From positions 12,787,480-12,851,479 of the forward strand of contig CM121342.1 in NCBI GenBank assembly GCA_051530055.1: DNA of 64,000 nucleotides, given 5' to 3'. The DNA is from Neoechinorhynchus agilis (lineage: Eukaryota > Animalia > Acanthocephala). Below the pieces are notes generated by a model. That model was not told the DNA's origin, did no database searches, and saw only the letters and a program-made list of their open reading frames with translations. Of the stretch, positions 51,501-62,045 are shown piece after piece. The translations under genes and the position numbers were made by a program. Positions within the stretch are counted from its first letter, which is position 1. Every line of letters begins with the position of its first letter.

Positions 51501-51575
51501 CGATACAAACTGACAAAGTTACAGATAAGCGATGGAATGAGACTGGCTTGTTCGCAAGTTTTTTCAACTGTGAAC
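48560..51575 (-). mobile_element. CRE-like element A, near full length (zinc knuckle, RT, RLE), inactivated by stops and frameshifts
   Basis: IRPIAVGCTIRRL; KVDFSNAFNSV; GVQQGDPLG; WYLDDATIG; PDGMTIFPW..WDATCVDS; SVAIQRGNTAS. Confidence 0.92.
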
Positions 51576-52450
51576 GCTAATCGTACTTTTTCTATTCTAA
51601 GTGCGGAGTCCAACAGGATTCACCATTATCGCCTCCTTTCTTTTTACGCGTAATGATTTACATATTTAAGGTCAAATTATCTAAGTCAAAGAACATTTTA
51701 CCTCTTCTATATGCAGACGACATATTCTTACCCTGCAAACTTAATCTCTAGTGTCTCATCACATCTTTCTAAACTGCAAATTCGTTTAAAAGAATTCAAT
51801 CTGACTTTTAATTCGGCGAAAATAATGATGATTGCTCTTACGAAATCAGCTCACTCGAGATCAACTTTATAAAATGTATTCAAATCGAACTTAATTTTTT
51901 CACAATACGTTTTTAAAAGAAATAACCGGATTTTAGGAATTGATTTCCCACCTTAAAACAATCGCTAATTTGTTAAAACCTCCCGAAATGGCTTCTTTTA
52001 CTCTCTAGCACGAATACTAAAAAATCACTGAAACTTCAACTGAACTTGACATTATGAGAAAATAATTATTTTAACTTTCATTATCGGTAAAGTTTGCTTC
52101 TTTGCCCTCGGACGTTTCCCAGAACTTAAAATGTTCTTTTCTTTAATAAATTTATTAATAAATTACAAAAGATTTTACGCCAATTTAATTTTACCTCCAC
52201 GACATTCACGTCAGCAGTTTATAGAATTTTCTTCGCATAATACCACTTTTAGAGAATCTTCAATTCAATGACAAAAACAATAGAATTATGCGGTGAGCTT
52301 CAAAATAAAATATGTAACCTTTTTAGAAAAATGATCGAAAAGAATACAAGGAAATGTCTTATTGGTTCTTTAAGGTAATTTAAGGGAAATGAAAAATAGG
52401 AGTATTGAAGAGATAAGAGATCGCTGAAACTCTCTAATTTCCTTCAGCCT
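51576..52450 (+). mobile_element. Duplicate of the degenerate LINE RT relic 19850-20714
   Basis: LLYADDIF at about 51705-51730. Confidence 0.65.
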
Positions 52451-52517
52451 CTAACTTCTATGCTTATAGATTACAAAGGAATGAAGTGATAGGAAACTTA
52501 ACATGTAAAACAACGAG

Positions 52518-52687
52518 CTTCTTTTTGCGCTTTTCTCTCTTTCGAGAGGTCGCGGGTCCTAATATGACATCTATTTGGTGATAATTTGTATGTTTGATGC
52601 CATTAGGTTCAAAATTTGGCATATTTTTACAGCCGGATACCCTTCGTGACGCCAACCCTCCTCCTTTTTCAGCCGGGCTTGTAACCG
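52518..52687 (-). mobile_element. Duplicate of the short RTE derivative
   Basis: Reverse complement of 19612-19782. Confidence 0.75.
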
Positions 52688-53017
52688 TCCTTATGTAAAT
52701 AACTAAAAATGGATAAATAGCAAATGTCGGCATTTAATGCGACCATCTTTTATTGAAATTGAAGATAAATAAATCGTACAATTGGACTCCACTCTCCCGG
52801 GTCTTTTTTATTTCAATCCTAAGCAAAGAATGTTTGGTTCTCTAACCGTTGCTATAACAACGAGCTCGAGGCAACATGAAGTCTTTGTTTAAATCAAAGA
52901 AAGCACACTCTCCACTTTAACGACTTTGGTTTTTACTGCTCAGTTGCTAGGCAACTTCATTAAAAAAGCACGCATTACCTCTTAGAGTACAGTCTCAACT
53001 GATTACGGGCGCCGTAT

Positions 53018-53698
53018 TTGCAACCTATGAACAATCGCAATCAATATAATACTAAGCAATCTCCACCAGCTAAGAAATACCTTTTTCGGTCTGGTGAACG
53101 AAGGTCAATCCAGGTCGGGGACGTTATTTTCAAAGGAGAATACATTCATAAGAAATTTGAAGATGAGCAAAAAAAGTATATAGTTCCATGTTCAAAAATG
53201 TACGCAAAGAATGAACGAGTTAAAATCATAACCAGGATGTTGGATGGAATCGAACAACGAAGGCCGGCTAAAAAAGTAGAAGATGAAGCGATAGATGGAA
53301 TGGACGATTGCAACAAAAAGACTTCTGTTGTCCAGTCAAATTCTGCGGTTGTAAGATTTTCCAATACAAGGTTCGAGTGGACTCAAGGACTTAATTCTAA
53401 TATGAAAATGAAGGATTGTGCAAGGACGCCGCAGTCTAATCTTGTTTTAAAGACGTTTGACTTATCAGAGAATAATCCGTTTAATACAAATAAATCAAAT
53501 AATGATGTTAACGAAGAAACTATGCAAGAAGAGTGCAGCGAGCCTGTGGATGAGTGTAGCAGTGAAGAGGATTGCGACAGTGGTTCAGATGAACTTCAGG
53601 TTAGACAATTTTGTCAAATTTGTGGGAAAAGATACAGAAATGGAGAAGAATATGACGTACAGTACTGTCCGTTTTGTGGGACATTTGTTGGACTTTAA
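53018..53698 (+). CDS. Duplicate of the 18600-19280 zinc-ribbon protein
   Basis: Intact ORF; three visible amino-acid changes (D/Y, R/W, T/M). Confidence 0.7.
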   Translation: MQPMNNRNQYNTKQSPPAKKYLFRSGERRSIQVGDVIFKGEYIHKKFEDEQKKYIVPCSKMYAKNERVKIITRMLDGIEQRRPAKKVEDEAIDGMDDCNKKTSVVQSNSAVVRFSNTRFEWTQGLNSNMKMKDCARTPQSNLVLKTFDLSENNPFNTNKSNNDVNEETMQEECSEPVDECSSEEDCDSGSDELQVRQFCQICGKRYRNGEEYDVQYCPFCGTFVGL

Positions 53699-54030
53699 GA
53701 TTTCGATTTAATAACACTTTATTTCGATTTGTTTGACAGCTAAAAGTCGTTTGTGATGCCAAAAAGTTGATCAGCGAACCTATTCAATTTTTACTCGAAC
53801 AATATACGCCAGCACTTGTCAAAATAGATTTTGAACCATAAAATTCTTAGCTTGAAGGACAAAACAATGTTATGAAATTCAAATGTAAAGCTTTATAAAA
53901 TCAGAGGAATGTGATATATGCAAGCGTCGTTATTGACTTTGTTTAATTGGTTCGAATTGGGATTCGATACGAAACCAATAGAGCTGAATTGTCAACTGAT
54001 TTCTCAATCGCATGTTCTCCTTTTGCGATT

Positions 54031-57000
54031 ACTTTCCTCAGGATCATTTCAAGTTCTGATATTCGAGAGAAGATTGGGCAGCATGGAAAAAGAAGCGTAG
54101 ATATACAGTGGATTCCGCTTAATTGGGACACCGCTTAATCGGGACAGCCGCTTATTTGGGACAAATCTCAAAGAACGGAAACCAAACCAAGAAACCAATA
54201 GTAAATTTGTATATTTAATTGGGACAACATTCCGCTTAATTGGGACAGTAAATTTAAGATTTTAGTACAGTAGAGTATCTATTAGCTGATTTTGTTTTTA
54301 CTGAGTTTTGGTTTAACCGAGCCGCTGCAGCGGAAAAACAAACACAACCCCCTCCCGGGAAAGCCAGAAAGACGGCTTCTTTCTGAACCCGACTCCCGCG
54401 TTTTATAAAGCCGTGGCGGCCTCATATCAACATTTGCAATCTTTTACATCCGAGCCGGGGCAGCGGACATTCGATTACCAATCACCTCCCGCGTTAACAA
54501 CGCGTGAAGCTATTTTTTGTCAATTGTATTTTTTTTTAAAATTTACCCTTTCTAAAATGCCAAGGAACGATTTGTCATTTACCAATACAATTGCCTTGCT
54601 TGATAAAATAAAAAGCCAGCCGCTTAATACAAGTTATCGTCGGCTCGCTGAGATAACTGGTGTACCAAAATCTACTATATCGCGTGTCTTACGACAAGAA
54701 AGTCAACTGCGTAAGGAATTCGAATTACAAGAAGGACAGGCAGGGACATCCAAAAGAAAACGTGAGGGGAAGGATCCAGACGTTGAAGAAGCACTGGATC
54801 AATGGTTTTCTATTGTTAGTGGCAGAGGCGTAAATATGAACGGTCCAATATTGAAGGCGAAGTCAGAGGAGTTCGCTAAAAAACTGGGCCGCAACGATTT
54901 CAAAGCAACTGATGGTTGGTTATCGCGATGGAAAGCAAGGCACGATATTAAATTTAAAAAAGCGCACGGTGAAAAGACCAGTGCCGACAAAGAAAGTTTG
55001 GAACAGTGGAAGATTACAAAAATTCCTACCTTTTTAGAGAATTTTTGTGCTGATGACATTTACAATGCTGATGAAACCGGCCTCTATTACCGTGCTACGC
55101 CAGACGGTTCCTTATGCTATATACATATTGCACTGTCTGGTTATAAAAAGGCGATGGACCGCATTACTGTGTTATGCTGCGCAAATATGTCAGGTACTGA
55201 CAAAAAAGTGCCAGACCTCGATGCTTTAAGGGGTTAAGAGTGGAGGGTTTACCAGTGGAGTGCTATGCAAACAAAAATGCGTGGATGACTTCTGATATTT
55301 TTCGAAATTGGCTGTTCAGTTGGGACAAAAATTTACAACTTAAACAAAGAAAAATTCTGCTGATTGTTGACAATTGTGCCGCACACCCTCATTTAGACAA
55401 TCTACGAAATATATATCCGGAATTTCTTCCTCCTAACACCACCTGCTTAGTGCAACCAATGGACATGGGTGTAATCAAAAATTTGAAGGCTTTCTAACGT
55501 GGAAAATTGGTTAATTTCATATTAGAATCCATTGATGAAAACCTATTAACATGTTCCACAACAGCCAGAGAGATTAGTTCCCAAATTAACCTTTTGCAAG
55601 CAATACAGTTTGTCGCTGACAGTTGACGAGCTATAAAAGCCACCAATATACAGAACTGTTTTGCTAATTGCGGCTTTAAACCTTTGGATATTTTAGAAAT
55701 TTTTAACAATGAAGAAAATGAGGATATGTTACCAGTTCCTGTTATTAACTCAAGAATTTTTAGCTATAGATAACAATTTACCATGCTACGATGAAAATGA
55801 AGACTGTGAGGATTCAATTGTAGAAAGTATTAAATCTAAACATGAAAAATTAGACGAAGATGAAGACGATTATGATGAATCACCTGTGCCAGTGACTAAC
55901 CAGGAGACAAAAAAAGTGTATGGCCGTGTTACAACGTTATTTTATGCAGGAAGGAAATGAAGGAAGCCCTACATCTGCACTGAACATCTGTGCTGATTTT
56001 GTAGAAGCCAACTGTCACAAAAACAAAAGACAAACTACACTTGACTCATTTTTCCATTGAATTAGTATGTATCTACCAATTAAATATTTTATTAAGGATT
56101 TTTTAGATTTATAATACATACATATTCATAATATATTATGTACCTATATATAAAGTTTTCAAGGGTTTATAAAATAAAATTATTGAAAAATATGCATTGT
56201 TTAATTTTGTGTGTTACTGGTTAATGACCTTGTTCCCAAAACCAATAAAATTAATTTCTTTAAAAGTGAACTTCGCTTAATCGGGACAGACGCTTAATTG
56301 GGACAAAAAGCCTCGATCCCGATGTGTCCCAATTAAGCGGAATCGACTGTAGTGAGGCGCGAGGTATAGGAGGGTGAAACGAATTAGGATTACGAGTGTT
56401 GTGCTCGTGTGAAAAGTGGCTGAAAAGCGATAAAAAAATGTGGTGATAGGGTTGAGAGGTGTTTTGATTGTTTGACGAAAATTTTATTACGGCATTCGGT
56501 GAGCGGGGGAAATCAACTGAGCAAATTTTAGAGGCTTGCGACGGATTTGTGATTTGGATAGGTTGCAAAAGACGCGATATCCGCATATGAAGGAGCGTAA
56601 AATAAGGCTGTAGTAAATTTTGGAGAGAGCAGGCGAAGGGACTCATAAGTGGCAGAGCCGTTTGAGGAGGTAAATTTTAAATGTAATGCGTTTGAAGGTT
56701 CTCATTTCAGATTTGATTGAAACTGCAGACCCAGAATTCTGAAGGAGGTGATTCGTCGGATGTCATTTAGTAGCTCGGAGGAGGATAAGGGGCTGTGGGA
56801 GAGTGGGGGATCACTTCGAAGCATTTAGAGAAATTCAGGTAGAGTTTGTGATCGAGACAGAAATCTTGACGTGGATGATTTCGTTAGAGGTTAAGGAGAG
56901 GGAGAGGTGGGCTGGTGATTGAGTGATGAGGGTGAGATCGTCGGCATATTAGAAAAGTTTAAAGTGAGAGGATAGAGATTCAAGGTCGCTTAGAAAAATA

Positions 57001-57300
57001 TTAAAGCGAAGTGAGTGAGGAATAGGTCGATCATCGAGGAGGCAGACCGGCAGTGAATGCATTGTTTGAGATTGTGAAGATAAGAAGCCAGCCAGGGAAG
57101 TGCCACGAATTTAGACCGAAATCGGGACAGGCCTGAAAGAGTAGTGAGGGAAGGGGTCTACGGAGTCCAATGCTTTCGATAATTCCAGTTGAATGAGAAG
57201 GGTGGCGTGAGAGGGATTATTGCCGATATTGCTCAGGGTCGTAAAGTTTGCAAACTACATTCTTGTCAGAAAACAACCAGGACTCGGTGCAACTGTTGGA
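54031..57300 (-). mobile_element. L2/Crack-like LINE RT fragment split by the Tigger-like insertion
   Basis: LSKALDSVD; FNIFLSDL..KLF*YADDLTL at about 56935-57010; flanks of the Tigger rejoin to match 34030-34140. Confidence 0.8.
54106..56349 (+). mobile_element. pogo/Tigger-type DNA transposon with TIRs and TA TSD; transposase disrupted
   Basis: TIR CAGTGGATTCCGCTTAATTGGGACA / TGTCCCAATTAAGCGGAATCGACTG; TA at 54104-54105 and 56350-56351; CENP-B/Tc5 HTH, YNADETGL, LIVDNCAAH, QPMDMGVI. Confidence 0.95.
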
Positions 57301-57400
57301 TCCCATAAAGATAAAGACGTAAAAGGATCAGGAACACAAAATCATTGATTTGATATTAAGTCTCAACTAACTTCAATAATCGCATTAGACTTGCGATTAC

Positions 57401-58825
57401 TCATTGTCGATTCCATTCATCCACTTGACTGCCCATTCCGCCGCCATGTGGATAGTGGCCTCCCATTCCGGGCATTTGACCTCCTATTCCGCCTCCGTGT
57501 GGATACTGGCCTCCCATTCCAGACATTTGACTTCCCATTCCGCCTCCAGGTGGATACTGGCCTCCCATTCCGGACATTTGACCTCCTATTCCGCCTCCGT
57601 GTGGATACTGGCTACCCATTCCAGCCATTTGACCTCCTATTCCGCCTCCGTGTAGATACTGGCCTCCCATTCCAGACATTTGACTTCCCATTCCGCCTCC
57701 GTGTGGATACTGGCCTCCCATTCCGGACATTTGTCCTCCTATTCCGCCTCCGTGTGGATATTGGCCCCCCATTCCGGACATTTGACCTCCTATTCCGCCT
57801 CCATGTGGATATTGGCCTCCCATTCCAGACATTTGACCTCCCATTCCGCCTCCGTTTGGATATTGGTCTCCCATTCCAGACATTTGACTACCCATTCCGC
57901 CTCCGTGTGGATACTGACCTCCCATTCCAGACATTTGACTACCCATTCCGCCTCCATGTGGATACTGGCCTCCCATTCCGGACATTTGACCACCCATCCA
58001 GGACATTTGACCTCCTATTCCGGCTTGATGTGAATACTGACCAACAATTCCGCCGCCGTGTGGATACTGGCCTCCTATAGCAGACAATTGACTGCCCATT
58101 CCTTCTCCATGTGGATACTGGCCTCCCATTCCGGACATTTGACCTCCTATTCCGCCGCCATGTGGATAGTGGCCTCCCATTCCAGCCATTTGACCTCCTA
58201 TTCCGCCTCCGTGTAGATACTGGCCTCCCATTCCAGACATTTGACTTCCCATTCCGCTTCCATGTGGATACTGACCTCCCATTCCGGACATTTGAACGCC
58301 TATTCCTCCTCCGTGTGGATACTGACCTCCCATCGAAGTTATGCCACCCAACATGTTTGAAGAACTTGTGCTTCCACCAGTAGATGGCCACTGGCCATTT
58401 ATCCCACCGCTGTGCATGAAGTGATTTCCGACACCACCCATTGCAGGTCTGTAACCCGCTGTTCCAGCAGATCCTGGCCAAACATTTCCTGAGAGGCTTG
58501 AATTTTCCGCAGGCTTTATGCTGGGCGGTGGCCTAGATGGAGGTCCTAAAGCATTTCGTCCAATTCGTTCCTCCCGCCTCCAACGTGATGATCCCACGGG
58601 AACTGAATGGATTCCGACTGTTGGATTATATTTTCCTGTAACAGGTGCAATTCCATATTTAACTTTGTTTAGTTTTCTGCCACTTGGTAAATTCGTGTGT
58701 AGCGCATACATTTTAAAAAACTTGTTTAATGTTCGAGGAATCTTGGTTTCAGTTAGAAACCATCCTTTTTCTGTCAGATGTTTGCCTTCGATAGTCAAAA
58801 ATAGCACACCGACCCATAAGTTCAT
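57401..58825 (-). CDS. 474-aa Gly/Met/Gln/His-rich tandem-repeat protein
   Basis: About 18 copies of GGQYPHGGG(I/M)G(G/S)QMSGM after a non-repetitive N-terminus. Confidence 0.7.
   Translation of the reverse strand: MNLWVGVLFLTIEGKHLTEKGWFLTETKIPRTLNKFFKMYALHTNLPSGRKLNKVKYGIAPVTGKYNPTVGIHSVPVGSSRWRREERIGRNALGPPSRPPPSIKPAENSSLSGNVWPGSAGTAGYRPAMGGVGNHFMHSGGINGQWPSTGGSTSSSNMLGGITSMGGQYPHGGGIGVQMSGMGGQYPHGSGMGSQMSGMGGQYLHGGGIGGQMAGMGGHYPHGGGIGGQMSGMGGQYPHGEGMGSQLSAIGGQYPHGGGIVGQYSHQAGIGGQMSWMGGQMSGMGGQYPHGGGMGSQMSGMGGQYPHGGGMGSQMSGMGDQYPNGGGMGGQMSGMGGQYPHGGGIGGQMSGMGGQYPHGGGIGGQMSGMGGQYPHGGGMGSQMSGMGGQYLHGGGIGGQMAGMGSQYPHGGGIGGQMSGMGGQYPPGGGMGSQMSGMGGQYPHGGGIGGQMPGMGGHYPHGGGMGSQVDEWNRQ
57420..58330. 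repeat. 51-bp coding minisatellite
   Basis: Unit about CCCATTCCGCCTCCGTGTGGATACTGGCCTCCCATTCCAGACATTTGACYT. Confidence 0.95.
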
Positions 58826-59552
58826 TGTGTTTGCGTTATGGAGTTGATTTCAAGCCTCGGCTTATATAGTATTGAAAGTTTTCAAGTAAACATATTGATT
58901 TAAGTTTCACGATTCAAAAGAACGGTAAACAAGTGAGCAGTCTTCAGGTAAAGTTAGAAGGTATGATCATTGGAGTGCAGTTAAAACTCAGGAGGCTCTT
59001 AGCGCTAAACACTCTATGGTGTCCGGAGGCAGATGAAAGTTATTGGTTGTCGAGGAAATGGGATTGTATGAAGGATAATAGTCAACAGACTATATGTTAA
59101 AAAATGAAAGGCAAGATGGGTTATTGATCTAAGATTTGAGTGATGGAATGTAGTAAAACCCAAATTTTAACCATTAAAACAAAGAAATACTAAAGGAAAT
59201 CTTTCTGGAACTTTTCGGTTCTGATTTCTATTAACGCATGTCGGAGCGATGCCTTGAAAATATCTTCAACAAATCATGAGTTCGTTTTCAGATTGAATAT
59301 ACTCTTTCGCCAAGTATTTTAACGCGGCCCATACAACGAGCTTCCAGGTTTCCTTTTGACTGATGTGTTCATGGTAAAAAAGGCGAAACACCTGGGCACC
59401 GCATCAAAAGTGCCTTTCAAGAGAATATTTGATTACGATCCTTAGTCCTTTCACATCACTCTGAACTGACGTAACTTAGATCATCTATAATCTTTGATAG
59501 AGCAAAACAAAATCGAGTTTAAGCTTTACAACTACACGCCGAAGAGAAATTC

Positions 59553-60227
59553 TCAATGCCTTCTTTTGGAGTTGGATGGTGGTGGAGGAGGTATTCTTGG
59601 TACAAAACCCGGTTCTTCACTATGGACCAAAGGAATTTGATCTCGTGGTGCTTTATGGTGAGGCGCGGACGATGGGTTCAACTTTAGACGAATGGTTTCA
59701 CCAGTTTTAAGGCTAAAGTCGACGGAACTCTCAACTGTATCATCGCTTATAACAATAGATGCCTTCTTGAAAAAGTCTTGTAAGGCCCTTACAAACGATT
59801 GTATTGCCCGCCATCGTTTGTAGAGACGCTGTAACGCGACATTAAAATCGAATGCGTCTGATCGATCATTGAATCCAATGCCTACATAAGCTGTTCTTGA
59901 TCCTTTTGGTTCAAATAGACGTATAAGGAAGTATCTACTTGAGTCAGCGGTTGGTTCAATGGAGACTCCTCCCGGATACCGGTCAACTGGGCACTCAGCG
60001 AACACTTCTCCGGATTGTTTGTCTTCGAGACGAAGTGAGCAGGTGTCCTGTGATCCATCTGATACAGATTCAAATATTTTAGCTATGATCCTGAGTCGAC
60101 AAACTTTACTCGGTTTACTGAGAGGCCAATCCGCCGCTCGTAAACCGGCAGCAGCTGATTGACGCGGTGGTACAATATAGACGAACACTTCATTCTTCAC
60201 GAGCAGGACCTGTTCGAAAGTGGCCAT
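59553..60227 (-). CDS. NECAP: Adaptin ear-binding coat-associated protein (NECAP)
   Basis: MATFEQVLLVKNEVFVY; DSSRYFLIRL; AYVGIGFNDRSDAFDFNVALQ; DFSLKTGETIRL. Confidence 0.9.
   Translation of the reverse strand: MATFEQVLLVKNEVFVYIVPPRQSAAAGLRAADWPLSKPSKVCRLRIIAKIFESVSDGSQDTCSLRLEDKQSGEVFAECPVDRYPGGVSIEPTADSSRYFLIRLFEPKGSRTAYVGIGFNDRSDAFDFNVALQRLYKRWRAIQSFVRALQDFFKKASIVISDDTVESSVDFSLKTGETIRLKLNPSSAPHHKAPRDQIPLVHSEEPGFVPRIPPPPPSNSKRRH
59781..59831 (-). other. 51-nt in-frame TTACA-flanked hairpin insert in NECAP
   Basis: Duplicated ALQ; perfect 10-bp inverted repeat TACAAACGAT/ATCGTTTGTA; removal gives FNVALQDFFK. Confidence 0.7.
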
Positions 60228-60657
60228 GATATTCTCGCTGTCTCTGATAACACTGAAACGGAGATCTTGCTCACTTTCTAAAAAAATACACGACGCCAAA
60301 AGTCTAAGAAGTGCACAGAAATCGATCGGAGAAGTGCAAGAGCAAAAGATTGCTTTCGAGGAATATTATGCACGATTTTGCCAGTTTTGATTGCTTTTTT
60401 ATTTGGAGATGGGCAAGATTTTTAATTTATGTCCTGGCATCAAAAAGGACCATTCTAAACTGTGAGATGGCCAGCGGAAAAATACGTTGCTTAAGAAAGA
60501 GTCAAATAAAATCAATTAAGTAACGTAAAATTTTATTCAGATATATAAGTTCAATTAGTTGTTTTAGAGGGAATCCATTTGAATAAACGAGTTTCTTAAA
60601 GATGAGCTGCCGAATAAACAACCAGTCCGATTGGAATTATCGTTTTGGTCTACACCC

Positions 60658-60779
60658 GGTAAATGAGTATTTATTAAAGACGTTTCGAACCTCGTCGGGT
60701 TCATCATCGCGTCTATTACTAACAAACTGATCGTGAACCCGACTAGGTTCGAAACGTCTATAATAAATACTAATTTACC
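60658..60779. repeat. Inverted repeat with two outward-facing degenerate hammerhead-like motifs
   Basis: Both arms read GAACC-cgac(t/g)a-GGTTC-GAAA-CGTC; cores CTGATCG and GCGATGA. Confidence 0.65.
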
Positions 60780-60785
60780 ACAGGC

Positions 60786-60932
60786 GTAAAAAATTAAAAG
60801 AATTTATTAGATCCGATGTCACAATCTCGTACGCGTTTTTCAAGGTTGGTTGTAACTTTTTAAAGAAGCAACCTTGATAAACGCGTACAAGATTGTGCCA
60901 TCGGATCTAATAAATTCTTTTAATTTTTTTAC
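60786..60932. repeat. MITE-like inverted repeat (about 63-bp arms)
   Basis: GTAAAAAATTAAAAGAATTTATTAGATCCGATG...CATCGGATCTAATAAATTCTTTTAATTTTTTTAC. Confidence 0.85.
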
Positions 60933-61762
60933 ACCATAAACAACCATGAATAATTCAATCTTCAAATAAGCATAGAAAGGGATATGAAGAATAAAATTAT
61001 TGAGTTTCATTTTAAATGTGCAAAGTAAACTAGGAGCATGGAATGCAAACTAATTTAGATGAAAATTAGGACGATAAGGAATTGAACACATGACGATGGC
61101 TCACGGGCGATGCCACATCAATTTATCTTTTCGTCCATAAAAAGGATAAATCATGAGTTTGAGATCCTTTTAAACGTGAAGATAATGAAAATGCGATGAC
61201 TAACATATCTCAAATTCGGTTGACTTCTACAGTCTAACTTCCAGTCAACCGAAAAACTCAATCAGTTTCGAGTTTGACGGACAAACCTATCACAAAAAAA
61301 TTTAAATTTGTAGTATTTCGGAGCGAGGGAATCCCTCAACGGAGTAAGATAACAATGTACACGTAACAAATCCTGTCGGGAAGAATCATTTATGAACGCA
61401 TGATTTGAATCAAAGATAAATCCTTCTGGAATATAAAGTTCGTAGTGGGGCTTCATCTTTCGAAATATCTCCATTCAATAAAATATTTTCTACTCGAGAA
61501 TTATGATCATTACAAAACATGATTTGAATGTCAAGATTTTTATATCCATAATGCACTATTTGCTTTTAATCTCGATAGTTTCGTCAACAATTTTTACCAT
61601 TTAATTAAATATAAAGTCAATGAAAGCCGAATGCTTTCTATTCTCTTTCTCATAAGGCTCACCAACAAATGTTCGAGGTTTTTATAGAGCGCGCGAGCGT
61701 AAACTGGAGTTTGGAACAATAATTAAACCTTTGTTGTTCTAGTTATTTCAGCTGTCATTCAG

Positions 61763-61778
61763 GCCTCCGTGGCGCAAT

Positions 61779-61818
<40 letters not shown>

Positions 61819-61835
61819 GAGCCCACCCGGGGGCG
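61763..61835 (+). tRNA. tRNA-Asn (GTT)
   Basis: Cloverleaf GCCTCCG/CGGGGGC; anticodon loop CTGTTAA; GGTTCGAGC T-loop; T5 terminator at 61841. Confidence 0.97.
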
Positions 61836-62045
61836 ATTCATTTTTGCACTTTGTATCGACGAGGTACGAAAACAAAGGGCATATTTTTTCGTTAGCGTCG
61901 CGTATGAAATCTCCCTGCTCTTTCTGAGTAGCAAGTCTTTCGCTCGGCACAAGTGAGTTTTTTCCACAGTTCTGATGAGAAGTGAATAAGTCTCAGATGC
62001 ATGCCGGGATGACGGTGTGCTTTTTAAATTCTTCCTTTTGATTTA

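Noticed and set aside
47090-51600. Spliced-leader gene as the CRE target
   Set aside because: No recognisable SL RNA or nematode SL1 sequence in the flanks; the flanks are LINE relics
57391-58383. Regular 51-bp repeats as a CRISPR array; long plus-strand ORFs over them
   Set aside because: Head-to-tail coding minisatellite with no unique spacers; the plus-strand ORFs are antisense shadows of the stop-free repeat
61759-61950. 63-aa minus-strand ORF
   Set aside because: Antisense translation of tRNA-Asn
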